Position numbers and translations under genes: made by a program. Below, in pieces: positions 51,566 to 61,471 of a stretch of DNA of 64,000 bases; the first letter of the stretch is position 1, and each line of letters opens with the position of its first letter. The notes beneath the pieces are model-generated. The model searched no databases. It saw nothing but the letters and a program-made list of their open reading frames with translations, and was not told where the DNA came from. The DNA is from Candidatus Eiseniibacteriota bacterium. Its GTDB lineage: Bacteria; Eisenbacteria; RBG-16-71-46; SZUA-252. The stretch is taken from positions 799-64,798 of the forward strand of contig CAVUEC010000012.1 in assembly GCA_963740415.1 (NCBI GenBank), written 5' to 3'.

Positions 51566-52739
51566 ATGAGCCGCGCGGACGCCGCGGGCTACGCCCGCGC
51601 CATCGGCATCATGAGCGGGACCTCGGCCGACGGGGTGGACGCTGTACTCATTCGCGTGGAGCGGAGCCTTCCGCCGGCCCGCACGGTGCTCCTCGCCTCG
51701 GCGTCGCGGCCCTATCCGGACGCGCTTCGCCGCCGGGTGCTGGGCGCCCAGGAGGGGACGCTTCCGATGCGCGATCTCCTGGCGCTCCACGTCGAGGTCG
51801 CCGAGATCGCTGCCGCGGCGGCCCGAGCCGCGCTCGAGTCTCCGGGAGCGAAGGGTCCCGCGCCGACCGTCGTGGGGTTCCACGGCCAGACCGTGTTTCA
51901 CGATCCGCACGGCGACCGCTCGGGAAAACGCTTGAGCGCCCAGATCGGCGAGCCCTCGGTGCTCGCGGCCGCGCTCGGGTGTCCCGTGGTCTCCAATTTC
52001 CGCATGGCGGACATCGTGGCCGGCGGCGAAGGCGCCCCGCTCGTTCCGCGGTTCGACTACCACCAGTTCGCGTCCGCGAAGCGCGACCGCGTGCTCCTGA
52101 ACCTGGGCGGGATCGCCAACCTCACGCGCATTCCGGCCGGCGCGGGGCTCGGCGACGTGATCGCGTTCGATTGCGGGCCGGGGAACATGCTCCTCGACGG
52201 GATCATGGCGTCGCAGAGCTCCGCCGGCGCGCGGTTCGACTCGGGCGGAGCCATCGCGGCCGAGGGCCGCGTCGCCGAGGATGTCGTGCACTACTTCCTG
52301 TCGGAGCCCTTCTTCGCGAAGAAGCCGCCCAAGAGCGCCGGACGCGAGGAATTCGGCTCCGGCTACCTGTCCCGGTTCCTGGCGCGGACCGAGCGTCTCA
52401 CGCTGGCGGACCGGCTCCGAACCGCCGCCGCGCTGACCGCCACCGGAGTCGCGAAGGGGGTCGAGATGTCGGGCAAGGGCGTCCCGAAGGAAGTCCTGGT
52501 TTCGGGCGGGGGCGCTAAGAACGAGACCTTGATGGCCGAGATCCGCGCGCGCCTTCGTGGGCCCACGGTAGAGACCACCGAATCGCTCGGCGTGCCCGTC
52601 GACGCGAAGGAGGCGATGGCGTTCGCGTTCCTCGCGCTCTTGACGCTTCTCGGGCCGGCCCGGCAACGTTCCGTCCGCGACGGGCGCCAAACGCGAGGTT
52701 GTCCTTGGATCGATCACGCCGCCGCCGCAGCCACGATGA
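51566..52739 (+). CDS. anmK: Anhydro-N-acetylmuramic acid kinase (frameshift near 52660)
   Basis: GIMSGTSADGVD, HGQTVFH, GGEGAPLVP, NLGGIAN, FDCGPGN, KEAMAFA; GNVPSATGA in the next frame. Confidence 0.93.
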
Positions 52740-52749
52740 CGCGGTCGCG

Positions 52750-54148
52750 ATGACCGCGCGACGTGCCGGAGTTCTCGCCGCGGCGATGACTGCGCGGCGC
52801 GCCAGAGCCTTCGCGCTGGCGTTCTTTCTCGCCGCCCTCGCCGGCTGCGCGGGCTCGCACCAGAAAGGGCCCGAGCCTGGCGCGGGCACCGCGACGGGCC
52901 CGCCTCCCGCTCGCACTCCCGCCACAAATCCACAAGCTTCGATACCACCACCACCTCCTCCCAACGAATGGAGGAACGCCAAGTCCATCAAGATCGGGCT
53001 CGTCGTGGGCGCCAACCGGATTCTCGTCGCGGGATCCAAGAAGTGGACGCTCCGGCGCCTGCGCGGCGGCGAGGTGGCCCAGGCGGAAGCAGGCGTTCCG
53101 CTTCGCGTGAGCCGTGCGGGGGCGGGCGCCTTCGAGGTGTTGCGCGAGGGCGAGACCGCGCCCCTTTGGTCCGGCACGCCCGCCGACACGCTGGTCCTTG
53201 AATCCTCGGGGCACGGCTACGCGGGCTGGAGCGGCCGGTGGTACCGGGGAACGTTTCTCATCTTCACGTCGCAGCCCGGCGGGATCACGCTGGTCAACGA
53301 CGTCGACATGGAGAGTTATCTGGAGAGCGTGTTGCCGCACGAGATCGGCACCCCGCCGGAGTCCGACTTTGAGGCGGTGAAGGCGCAGGCGGTGGCGGCG
53401 CGCTCGTACACGCTCTCGTATCTCGGCCGCCGCGCCGCGCTCGGGTTCGATCTCTACGCCTCGGTCGAGGATCAGGTCTACGGCGGGATCGCGCGCGAGA
53501 ACGAGCAGAGCGTGCGCGCGCTTGAAGCTACGAAGGGTGAGGTCCTCGTGAGCGCGGGCGAGCCGATTCGAGCCCTCTATTCGTCAGCGTGCGGCGGCCG
53601 GACGGCGAACGTCGAGGACGTCTGGCCCTGGCCGTATACGCCCTATCTTCGAAGCATCCGCGACGCCGACGACTCGGGCGACCATGACTACTGCGCCGCT
53701 TCCGCCAACTATCGCTGGCGGGAAGAGTGGGACGCGGCCACATTCATGGCGATGCTCCGCCAGTTCGGCCCGCAAGAGGGCGGCGCCCTCAGCGTTCTGG
53801 CCGGCGACCTCCTCGACGTCCGCGTGAAGACCCGGGCCCGGTGCGGCCGCGTGCAGGAGCTGGCGATCACGACCACCGACGGCGATTGGATTCTCCGCGG
53901 CGACCGGACGCGCTGGGGGCTTCGGCGCCCCGGCGGCGATGCCATTCTCAGGAGCAGCTTCTTCAAGATCGGGGTGATTCGGGATCGCCGACGGGAAGCC
54001 CGCGCAGGTGGTTGTGAGCGGCGCGGGGAACGGCCACGGGATTGGGCTCTGCCAGTTCGGGGCGCTCGGGATGGCGCGCGCGGGGAAGGGCTACCGCGAG
54101 ATCCTATCCCACTACTACAAGAGCACGTCGATCGTCCGGGTGGGGTGA
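52750..54148 (+). CDS. SpoIID/LytB-domain lipoprotein (lytic transglycosylase; frameshift near 53990)
   Basis: Lipobox LAGC; MESYLESVLPHE, KAQAVAARSY, DQVYGG, YSSACGG; GHGIGLCQFGA...ILSHYY in the next frame. Confidence 0.88.
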
Positions 54149-54177
54149 AACGGCCCGCGCGCTAGCCGGGTGACGCC

Positions 54178-54206
54178 TTGACCCCTCGCCCGGGGCCGCC
54201 TATACT
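54178..54206 (+). promoter_or_regulatory. sigma70 promoter for tRNA-Asp
   Basis: TTGACC-17 nt-TATACT. Confidence 0.75.
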
Positions 54207-54235
54207 CCCCGGTCTGCTTTGAAATACCTCTCGGT

Positions 54236-54312
54236 GGGGTTGTAGTTCAGTTGGTTAGAACGCCTGCCTGTCACGCAGGAGGTCGCGGGTTCGAGTCCCG
54301 TCAACCCCGCCA
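54236..54312 (+). tRNA. tRNA-Asp(GTC)
   Basis: GGGGTTG/CAACCCC acceptor stem, CCTGC-CTGTCAC-GCAGG anticodon arm, GGTTCGAG, CCA end. Confidence 0.97.
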
Positions 54313-54329
54313 TTTTTTCGATCGTGCCG

Positions 54330-55482
54330 CTACCCCAGCGCGCACTCGTTCTTACCTGAATCCAGCTCCTGGGCTTCCATGTCCCAGACCTGGATGAGGC
54401 CGAGGTTCACGGCCTTGATCTTCCGGTAGGCGTCGGGGCTCTTTCCGATCTTCTGCATCACCCACGAGACAAATTCATCCCGCTCCTTGATCTGAAACGC
54501 CGCGTTCGAGGCCGAAATCGCCGCCAAGCTCTCGCCCCACACTGCGATCCGGCTCCCGCTCAGAGTCCGACGCGTAGTGGGCCGGGAAAACTAGAACGTC
54601 CTTGGGCCATGAGGCCCGGGCGCGCTCGAGGCTCTGCCAGAGCATGGGAGTCCACTCCTCGGCCTTTCCGCCCAGATCGGGCCGGCCAACCGACGCGATG
54701 AAGATGAAGTCTCCCGTGAGCGCGGCGTCCGCGCCCAGGTGGTACGTCACGCTTCCCAGGGTGTGGCCGGGCGTGTGCTCGATCCGGATCGTCGCGCTCC
54801 CGAGCGGGAGCGTCTGTCCGTCGGCGAGCGCCGCGTACTCGATCTTCGCGGGCGAGCCGTCGTAGGGAAGGATCGCGTCGGCGGAATGGAGGTAATAGGG
54901 GATGCGGAGCGCCTTCGAGAGCCCCGGCCCGCCGCTGATGTAATCGGCGTGCGCGTGCGTGTCGGCGACGGCGACAACCTTGAGCCCCAGATCGCGCGCG
55001 GTGTCGAGCAACAGTCGCGCCTTCCGCGGCGGGTCGATGATGATGGCTTCGCCGCCGGCCGCGACCAGATACGCCAGCGATCCCTTTGCCACCCGGTCGA
55101 ATTCGATCAAGTGATCGAATCCCGAAGGCGGGCGGAGCGTGCGCGCCACCAGAGCGTCGGCCCACGCGGCCATTCCGCCGCGCATCGACGTCGCCTGGAA
55201 TCCAATCTCGTTCAGGTGGGTCGCGATCTGCTTGCTGCTGTTGCCGCGCCCGCAGACCACCGCGATCGGGCCGTCCGCCTTCAGGGTCTGGCCGATCGCG
55301 TCTCCCTTGGCCAGGATCTCCGACCCGCGAATGTTGATGAAGCGGTCCGAGGGGACGATGTCGATCCGGCCGCCCGCCAGCGCCTCGGGGGCGCGGACGT
55401 CGAGCACACGGATCGGCGATCCCGACTCGACCGTTCGGATCAGATCTTCGGGGGTTATCTCGGGAGATTCGGTTCCGTGCAT
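54330..55482 (-). CDS. Rhodanese plus MBL-fold hydrolase (persulfide dioxygenase-like; frameshift near 54535)
   Basis: LDVR...VVCGRGNSS...GGMAAW; DTHAHADYISG, HTPGHT, TGDFIF-SVGRPDL; terminal GKNECA. Confidence 0.87.
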
Positions 55483-55562
55483 GAGTTGTTCAGTCTGAAA
55501 CCGGGGCATGGCTGCCGTCAACCCTGTTTGACCCGGGCGGCGACACAAGGCAAGATGGCCGG

Positions 55563-56642
55563 ATGACGGCCAGAGCGTCTTCCCCCGCCACCCCCAAGCT
55601 GCGTCCCGTCGACATCCTTCCCGGCCTTGCGCTCTCCGTCATGGTGGGGCTCGCCGCGCGGGTCATCCACCGGGCGCTCCCGGCGTCCGCCGCCAGCTCC
55701 CTGGGCGAGGTGATCTTCGCGGTCCTCCTTGGGCTTCTCGTGGGGAACGTCGTTACGCTCCCCAAGGGCGTCGCACCCGGCGTCCGATTTTCGTTCCAGG
55801 CGGTGCTGCGCGCCGCGATCGTTCTCCTCGGCGCCTCGTTCTCGTTTCACCAGGTCGTGGCGATCGGCGGGAAGTCGTTGATCATGATCGCGGCCTTGAT
55901 GGCCATCGCTCTCACCACCGCGCACGTGCTCGGCAGGCTTGCGGGCGTGCCGGGACGGCTCGCGACATTGATCGGCGTGGGGACCGCGGTCTGCGGCAAT
56001 TCGGCGATCGTCGCGACCGCGCCGGTGATCCGGGCCCTCGACGAGGAAGTCTCCTTCGCGGTGGCCACCAACACCCTCTTCGGCACCGCGGCGGTGCTCC
56101 TCTACCCGATCATCGGCCATGCGTTCCATTTCAACGACCACGTCTTTGGGACGTGGGCGGGCACGGCCGTGAACGACACGTCGCAGGTGGTGGCAGCCGG
56201 ATTCGCCTACAGCGAGGCGGCGGGCCGGCTCGCGACCGCGGTGAAGCTGACTCGGAACGCGCTCATGGGCCTGGTCATCGTCGGCGTTGGCCTCGCGTAC
56301 GCGCGGTCCGGTGCTGCGACAGGCGCCACGCCGCCGCTCGCGCAGCGGCTGAAGCAATCGATCCCGCTCTTCGTGCTCGGCTTTCTCGCCATGGCCATTC
56401 TCAACTCCTTCGGCGTCTTCGCATCGCTCTCGCGCTCCCTGAACGTCGATCTCGCCGGCATCCTGCGCGAGGCGTCGCGCGCGATGATTCTGGTCGCGCT
56501 CGCGGGCGTCGGCCTGTCCACGCGGATCGACGCCATGCGGCGAACCGGCATCAAGCCCTTCTTCATCGGCCTGATTGTCGCGCTGCTCACTTCGGGGGCG
56601 AGCCTCCTCCTCATCCGGCTGATCGGCCCCGCATCGGCATGA
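55563..56642 (+). CDS. YeiH/PSE-family putative sulfate exporter
   Basis: LRAAIVLLG, GTAVCGNSAI, GTWAGTAVNDTSQV, VKLTRN. Confidence 0.88.
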   Translation: MTARASSPATPKLRPVDILPGLALSVMVGLAARVIHRALPASAASSLGEVIFAVLLGLLVGNVVTLPKGVAPGVRFSFQAVLRAAIVLLGASFSFHQVVAIGGKSLIMIAALMAIALTTAHVLGRLAGVPGRLATLIGVGTAVCGNSAIVATAPVIRALDEEVSFAVATNTLFGTAAVLLYPIIGHAFHFNDHVFGTWAGTAVNDTSQVVAAGFAYSEAAGRLATAVKLTRNALMGLVIVGVGLAYARSGAATGATPPLAQRLKQSIPLFVLGFLAMAILNSFGVFASLSRSLNVDLAGILREASRAMILVALAGVGLSTRIDAMRRTGIKPFFIGLIVALLTSGASLLLIRLIGPASA

Positions 56643-57588
56643 CCGAGCTTCCCGCGGGGTACCTCCTCCGCCGTCCCGTGGACGCGGACGCGGAGGGGAT
56701 TCTCAAGCTGCTCATCGCCGTGCGACCTCGAGGACGAGGGCCACCCCGACTCCACGCATCGAGGACGTCAAAGCCGATTGGGGCATGCCGCGGTTCGACC
56801 GCGAGCGCGATTCCTGGATCGTTACGGGACCGGATCGCGACATCGTCGGGTACGCCTGGGCCTGGGACCGCGTGCCCCACGTCGACATTCAAGCCGACGT
56901 CCACGTTGGCCCCTCCCTTCGAAGCGGACCGATTGGCGAAGCGCTCCTCGGCCTGGTTGAAACTCGCGCCCGGGAGCACGTCACCGCGGCGCCGCGCGGC
57001 GCGGCCGTGGAGCTCCACCTCTTCGCCAAGGTGGAGAGCATCCTGGCGCGGCTCCTCGAGTCGCGGGGATACCAGCGGGTGCGGACGTTCCTCCGCATGA
57101 CGATCGAGCTCACCAAGGGCTACCCAGCGCCCTTCACGCCGCCCGGCATCGACATCGCCCCGTTTCGCCGCGGCGCCGACGAGAGGGCGCTTCAAGACGT
57201 GATCGAGGACGCATTCGCGGACCACTTTCGCTTCGCCGCGGAGCCTCACGAAGAGTGGGTCGCCCGAAGGGTGGGGCACCCGGAGTTCGATGCGGACCTC
57301 TGGCTTCTGGCGCGCGATGGTGAGAAGGTTGTGGGAGGCATCCTGCCGTACCCGTTCGGCGAGCTGGGCTGGATCCGCGAGTTGGGCGTGCGGTCGGGCT
57401 GGCGGGGTCGGGGGATCGGCAAGGCGCTGCTCCTCCAAACCTTCCGGACGTTCGACGAGCGAGGATGGAAGATGGTCAGCCTGGGCGTGGACTCCGCCAA
57501 CGCTTCGGGAGCGACCAAGCTCTATCAGGACATGGGGATGTTCGTGGAGGAGCGGCACGACCTCTACCGTTTGGAGGTTCGCGCCTGA
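56639..57588 (+). CDS. Tandem GNAT N-acetyltransferase (5' frameshifts)
   Basis: ELGVRSGWRGRGIGKALL, LGVDSANASGATKLYQDMG; ATGA overlap start in another frame. Confidence 0.82.
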
Positions 57589-57721
57589 CCGAGGGCCCCC
57601 GCGCCCGGCGAGGCCGGCCGTCTCCACCGGCGCAACTCCTTATCTATCAACGGCGGCAATTTGGCGGGGCGCTGCCGGAAGCGATTTCTCGCGTCCGAGC
57701 CCTCCGTCGAGCGGTTTTCCG

Positions 57722-57750
57722 TTGACGGGACTCCGGGGTCTACTTAATTT
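57722..57750 (+). promoter_or_regulatory. sigma70-type promoter
   Basis: TTGACG-17 nt-TAATTT upstream of the acidic small ORF. Confidence 0.5.
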
Positions 57751-57814
57751 CCCGACGCGGTTTTTGGCAGCCTTTGCGTACCGTACGCACCCACAGTCTT
57801 TGGAGAGTCGGATC

Positions 57815-58042
57815 ATGATCGGGCAGAGCTTCACCAACGAATTCGAGTCCTTGGAATCATCGGACCGTCCCCGCCTTCTTGGATGGGAGGCCCGCGACCG
57901 CTACGACGACGTCTTCGACGGCCTCGACGGTGACGACGACGAGGAGTACGAAGACGACGAGGAAGAAGACGAGGACTACGACGAGGACGACGACGAGGAC
58001 GACGAGGACGACGAGGAAGAAGACGAGGAAGAAGACGAGTAG
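57815..58042 (+). CDS. 75-aa extremely acidic small protein
   Basis: GGAGAG RBS; MIGQSFTNEF...DDDEEYEDDEEEDEDYDEDDDEDDEDDEEEDEEEDE*. Confidence 0.7.
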   Translation: MIGQSFTNEFESLESSDRPRLLGWEARDRYDDVFDGLDGDDDEEYEDDEEEDEDYDEDDDEDDEDDEEEDEEEDE

Positions 58043-58113
58043 GTCCCGCGAATGCGCGGCGCTCTGCTAGACCCGAGCATTCATCCCGATTTCCTCCCCT
58101 CGAGGGACCTAAC

Positions 58114-59013
58114 GTGCCCCGGCCGCCACGCGCGCGCCTCAATCCGCCCGAGCCGTATCTTTTCCTAGGGCTCGGCGCGTCCGATTCGGATCTCTCCAAG
58201 GCGCGGGTCGTTGTGATCCCCGCGCCGTTCGATCAGACGACAAGCTACCTTCCCGGGACCCGCTTCGGCCCCAAGGCCATTCTCGAGGCTTCCCGCCAGG
58301 TCGAGTTCTACGACGAGGAGCTGGATCGCGAGCCGTTCGAGATCGGCGTCGCGACGCTGGCCGAGATCGAAGTGGAGCCGGCCGACCTCGAGGCGGGGAT
58401 GCGGAAGCTGGAGACGGTCGTGGGCGAGGTGGCCGCCAAGGGGAAGATCCCGCTCACGCTGGGCGGTGAGCACTCGCTCACGCTGGCGCCCGTGGCCGCG
58501 CTGCGGGAGCGCTTCCCAGGGCTCGCCGTGCTCCAGCTCGACGCCCACCTCGATCTACGCGATTCCTATCAGGGGACCAAACTGAGCCACGCGTCCGTCA
58601 TGCGGCGGGTGCGGGATCTCGGCGTGCCCACGGTCGCCGTGGGCATTCGGAGCGTCTCGCGCGAGGAAGCGGACTACGTCCACGCGGAGAAGGTCCCGGT
58701 CTTTCTGGCCCGCGAGATCCGAGCCCGCGGACTCGACGTGGGGGCGATCCTCGCGGCGCTGCCGAATCCGGTCTACGTGACGATCGATCTGGACGCTTAC
58801 GATCCCGCCTACGTTCCCGCCGTCGGCACGCCCGAGCCCGGTGGCCTCACGTGGGACGAAGGCCTTCGACTCCTGCGCGCGGTCTTCGAGCGGCGCCAGG
58901 TGGTGGGCTGCGACATCGTGGAGCTTTGTCCCATTCCCGGCCAGCCCGGGTCCGACTTCTTCGCCGCGAAGCTCGCCAACAAGCTGATCGGCTACATGGG
59001 GCTGGGCCGCTAG
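58114..59013 (+). CDS. speB: Agmatinase
   Basis: GTRFGP, LGGEHS, LDAHLD, SHA, TIDLDAYDP, GTPEPGG. Confidence 0.9.
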   Translation: MPRPPRARLNPPEPYLFLGLGASDSDLSKARVVVIPAPFDQTTSYLPGTRFGPKAILEASRQVEFYDEELDREPFEIGVATLAEIEVEPADLEAGMRKLETVVGEVAAKGKIPLTLGGEHSLTLAPVAALRERFPGLAVLQLDAHLDLRDSYQGTKLSHASVMRRVRDLGVPTVAVGIRSVSREEADYVHAEKVPVFLAREIRARGLDVGAILAALPNPVYVTIDLDAYDPAYVPAVGTPEPGGLTWDEGLRLLRAVFERRQVVGCDIVELCPIPGQPGSDFFAAKLANKLIGYMGLGR

Positions 59014-60195
59014 ATGGGCCTGGGCCGGATCGTTCTCGGGAAGAACCAGGAGCGGCGGCTTCGGTCGGGACACCTCTGGGTCTTCAGCAACGAGATCGAG
59101 ACCATCGAGGAGGCGCCCGAGCCGGGCGGCGAAACCCTCGTGCTGGACCGCCGAGGGGGAATTGTCGGCGTGGGCCTCTACAATCCCCACTCGCTCATCG
59201 CGGTCCGGCTGTTCGCGCGACGCCAACGCCCCATCGACGAAGCGCTGTTCCGCGAGCGGATCCAGCGCGCGGTGGAGTTGCGGAAGCGGATCCTGCCGGT
59301 CGAGGAAACCTATCGGGTCGTCTTCAGCGAAGGGGATTTTCTGCCGGGGCTGATCGTCGACCGCTACGGCGAATATCTCTCCGTGCAGAGCCTCACGCTC
59401 GGGATCGAGAAGCGGATCGAGATGGTGCTCGACCTGCTGCAAGAAGCGCTCAAGCCTACCGCGATCATCTGCCGCCGCGATTCGCGGTCGCGCTCGCACG
59501 AACAGCTCCCCATGACCGAGCCTCTATTTCGCGGCACGGTTCCGGACCGGATCGACACTCCCTACGAAGGCTTCGTCCTCGAGACGGATCTCAAAAGCGG
59601 CCAGAAGACAGGCGAATTCCTGGATCAGCGCGAGAACCGAAAGCGCGTGGCCCAGGAATCGCGGGGCCGCCGCGTCCTCGATCTGTACTGTCACACGGGG
59701 CTCTTCTCGCTTCAGTGCGCGGCCGCGGGCGCGGCATCGGTCGTCGGGGTGGATAGCTCGGGCCCGGCCATCACGCGGGCGCGGAACAATCACAGGCGCA
59801 ATGCGTCCACCCGCCCGGTCGAGTTCCGCGAGGAGGACGTCGAGGCATCGCTCGAGAAGATGGAGCTGGATGGACACCGGTTCGAGATGGTGGTGATCGA
59901 TCCGCCCTCGCTGGTGAAGAGCCGCAAAACGTTCCGCGAGGGCGCGGCGAAGTACGAGGCGCTGAACGCGTCCGCGATGAGATTGATCCCGGCCGGCGGG
60001 ATGATCGCTTCGGCAAGCTGCTCCCATCACGTCGACGCGACGGCATTCCTGGAGATCTTGAGAGGCTCCGCCAAGAAGGCCGGCGCGGCGTTCCGCGTGG
60101 TCGAGGTGAGGGGGCAGAGCCGCGACCACCCCATGCTCCTGGCCATGCGCGAGACGTCGTACCTCACGATGGTTCTCGCCGAGCGCATCCATTGA
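59014..60195 (+). CDS. rlmI: RlmI-like SAM-dependent rRNA methyltransferase
   Basis: GHLWVFSNEI, SEGDFLPGLIVDRY, GQKTGEFLDQRENR, IDPPS, ASCS. Confidence 0.85.
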   Translation: MGLGRIVLGKNQERRLRSGHLWVFSNEIETIEEAPEPGGETLVLDRRGGIVGVGLYNPHSLIAVRLFARRQRPIDEALFRERIQRAVELRKRILPVEETYRVVFSEGDFLPGLIVDRYGEYLSVQSLTLGIEKRIEMVLDLLQEALKPTAIICRRDSRSRSHEQLPMTEPLFRGTVPDRIDTPYEGFVLETDLKSGQKTGEFLDQRENRKRVAQESRGRRVLDLYCHTGLFSLQCAAAGAASVVGVDSSGPAITRARNNHRRNASTRPVEFREEDVEASLEKMELDGHRFEMVVIDPPSLVKSRKTFREGAAKYEALNASAMRLIPAGGMIASASCSHHVDATAFLEILRGSAKKAGAAFRVVEVRGQSRDHPMLLAMRETSYLTMVLAERIH

Positions 60196-60214
60196 GGCCG
60201 GCAGGAACGCGCCC

Positions 60215-60562
60215 ATGACCGAATCCAAACCAGAATCCCAGCCCGAACCGTCGGCAAGTCCCGAGGCGGGCCTCAGCCAGAAGGATCTCTTCCTCGGCCT
60301 GATCCATTCATTCCAGGCCGCCGCCATGCAGCAGATGGGGAAGATTGCGAATCCCTACACCGACAAGATCGAGCGGGACATGCGGCAGGCGAAGCTGTCG
60401 ATCGACATGCTCGAGATGATCGAGACGCGGACGAGCGGCAATCTGACGGGCGAAGAGGCGCGGTTCCTGAAACACGTGCTTACCGAGGTGCGCCTGAACT
60501 ACGTGGCCGAGGTGGAAGAGGACAAGAAGCGCGCCTCGGTGCCGCCGCCGCAGGGCGCCTAA
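60215..60562 (+). CDS. DUF1844 domain protein
   Basis: AMQQMGKIANP...AKLSIDMLEMIETRTSGNLTGEE...VRLNYV. Confidence 0.85.
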   Translation: MTESKPESQPEPSASPEAGLSQKDLFLGLIHSFQAAAMQQMGKIANPYTDKIERDMRQAKLSIDMLEMIETRTSGNLTGEEARFLKHVLTEVRLNYVAEVEEDKKRASVPPPQGA

Positions 60563-61402
60563 CCCTCGGCGCCGCCTCCCTGGGCGCGCTCCTCCCGCTT
60601 CGCCGCCTCCCAGTAACGATCCAGCTCGTCCAGCGCCGCCTCGCCCAGCTGCGCCGCCGCCGGCGCGCAGGAGCTCCACCATCCGGTCGAATCGCCTTCG
60701 GAATTTCTCGGTGGCAGCCCTCAGGCCGGCTTCCGGATCGGTCTTCAAGAAGCGGGCGAGATTGACGGCGGCAAACAGCAGATCCCCGACTTCCTCCGAT
60801 GCCTCTCGCTCGCGGCCGGCGGCCAGCGCCGCCTCGACCTCGCCGGCTTCCTCGCGGAGCTTGGCCAGGACACCCTGGACGTTCTCCCAATCGAATCCCA
60901 CCGACGCGGCCTTCTCCTGAACGCGGTAGGCCTTGAGGAGCGCCGGGAGCCCGGCCGGGCTCTGGCCCAGGAGCGAGCCGCCGCCCTTCTGGCTGGCCTT
61001 GCGGCTCTCCCATTCGCGAAGAACGCCCTGCGCGTCCAGCGCGCCGCGGTCACCGAAGACGTGAGGGTGGCGCTCGATCATCTTGGCGATCGACCCACGG
61101 GCCACCAACGCCGGCGTCCCGCCACCCTCCTGTTCCAGTCGCACCGCGAGAAACGTGACCAGGAAGAGAAGGTCCCCCAGCTCCTCCGTCGTGGCGCGTC
61201 GATCCTCGGCCGCGATGGCGTCGGTCACCTCGTGGGCTTCCTCGACTAAGTACGGAGAGAGCGTCCGGGTGGTCTGCTCCCGATCCCACGGGCATCCGTC
61301 CGGTCCCGAGAGATGGCGGACGATGTCGATGAGATCGGCCGCGGCCGCGGCGAATTCGGAGCGATCGGGAGCGGGGGGAGAGCGCCGGGGCTGAGACGTC
61401 AT
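60559..61402 (-). CDS. mazG: Nucleoside triphosphate pyrophosphohydrolase MazG (frameshift near 60655)
   Basis: GCPWDREQT, EELGDLLF, RHPHVFG, QEKAASVGFDW, EVGDLLFA; LDELDRYWEAAK in the next frame. Confidence 0.92.
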
Positions 61403-61471
61403 CGCGGGAGTGTAGACTTCGAGGAGAGCCTATGGTAGTCGTGAAGTGGCCGCTGCTCGGCCGTCGCCACT

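Noticed and set aside
57930-58040. CRISPR array or phase-variable microsatellite
   Set aside because: It is an imperfect GAC/GAG/GAA codon mix within an acidic ORF, with no repeat-spacer periodicity
9460-60660. At least 15 frameshifts (near 9470, 12450, 30848, 31840, 35558, 35860, 38730, 42120, 48165, 49935, 50820, 52660, 53990, 54535, 56720, 60655) as pseudogenes or programmed frameshifting
   Set aside because: They are scattered single-base shifts in GC-rich context, hit housekeeping genes such as lspA, and come without nonsense decay or a common slippery motif; best explained as sequencing/assembly indels
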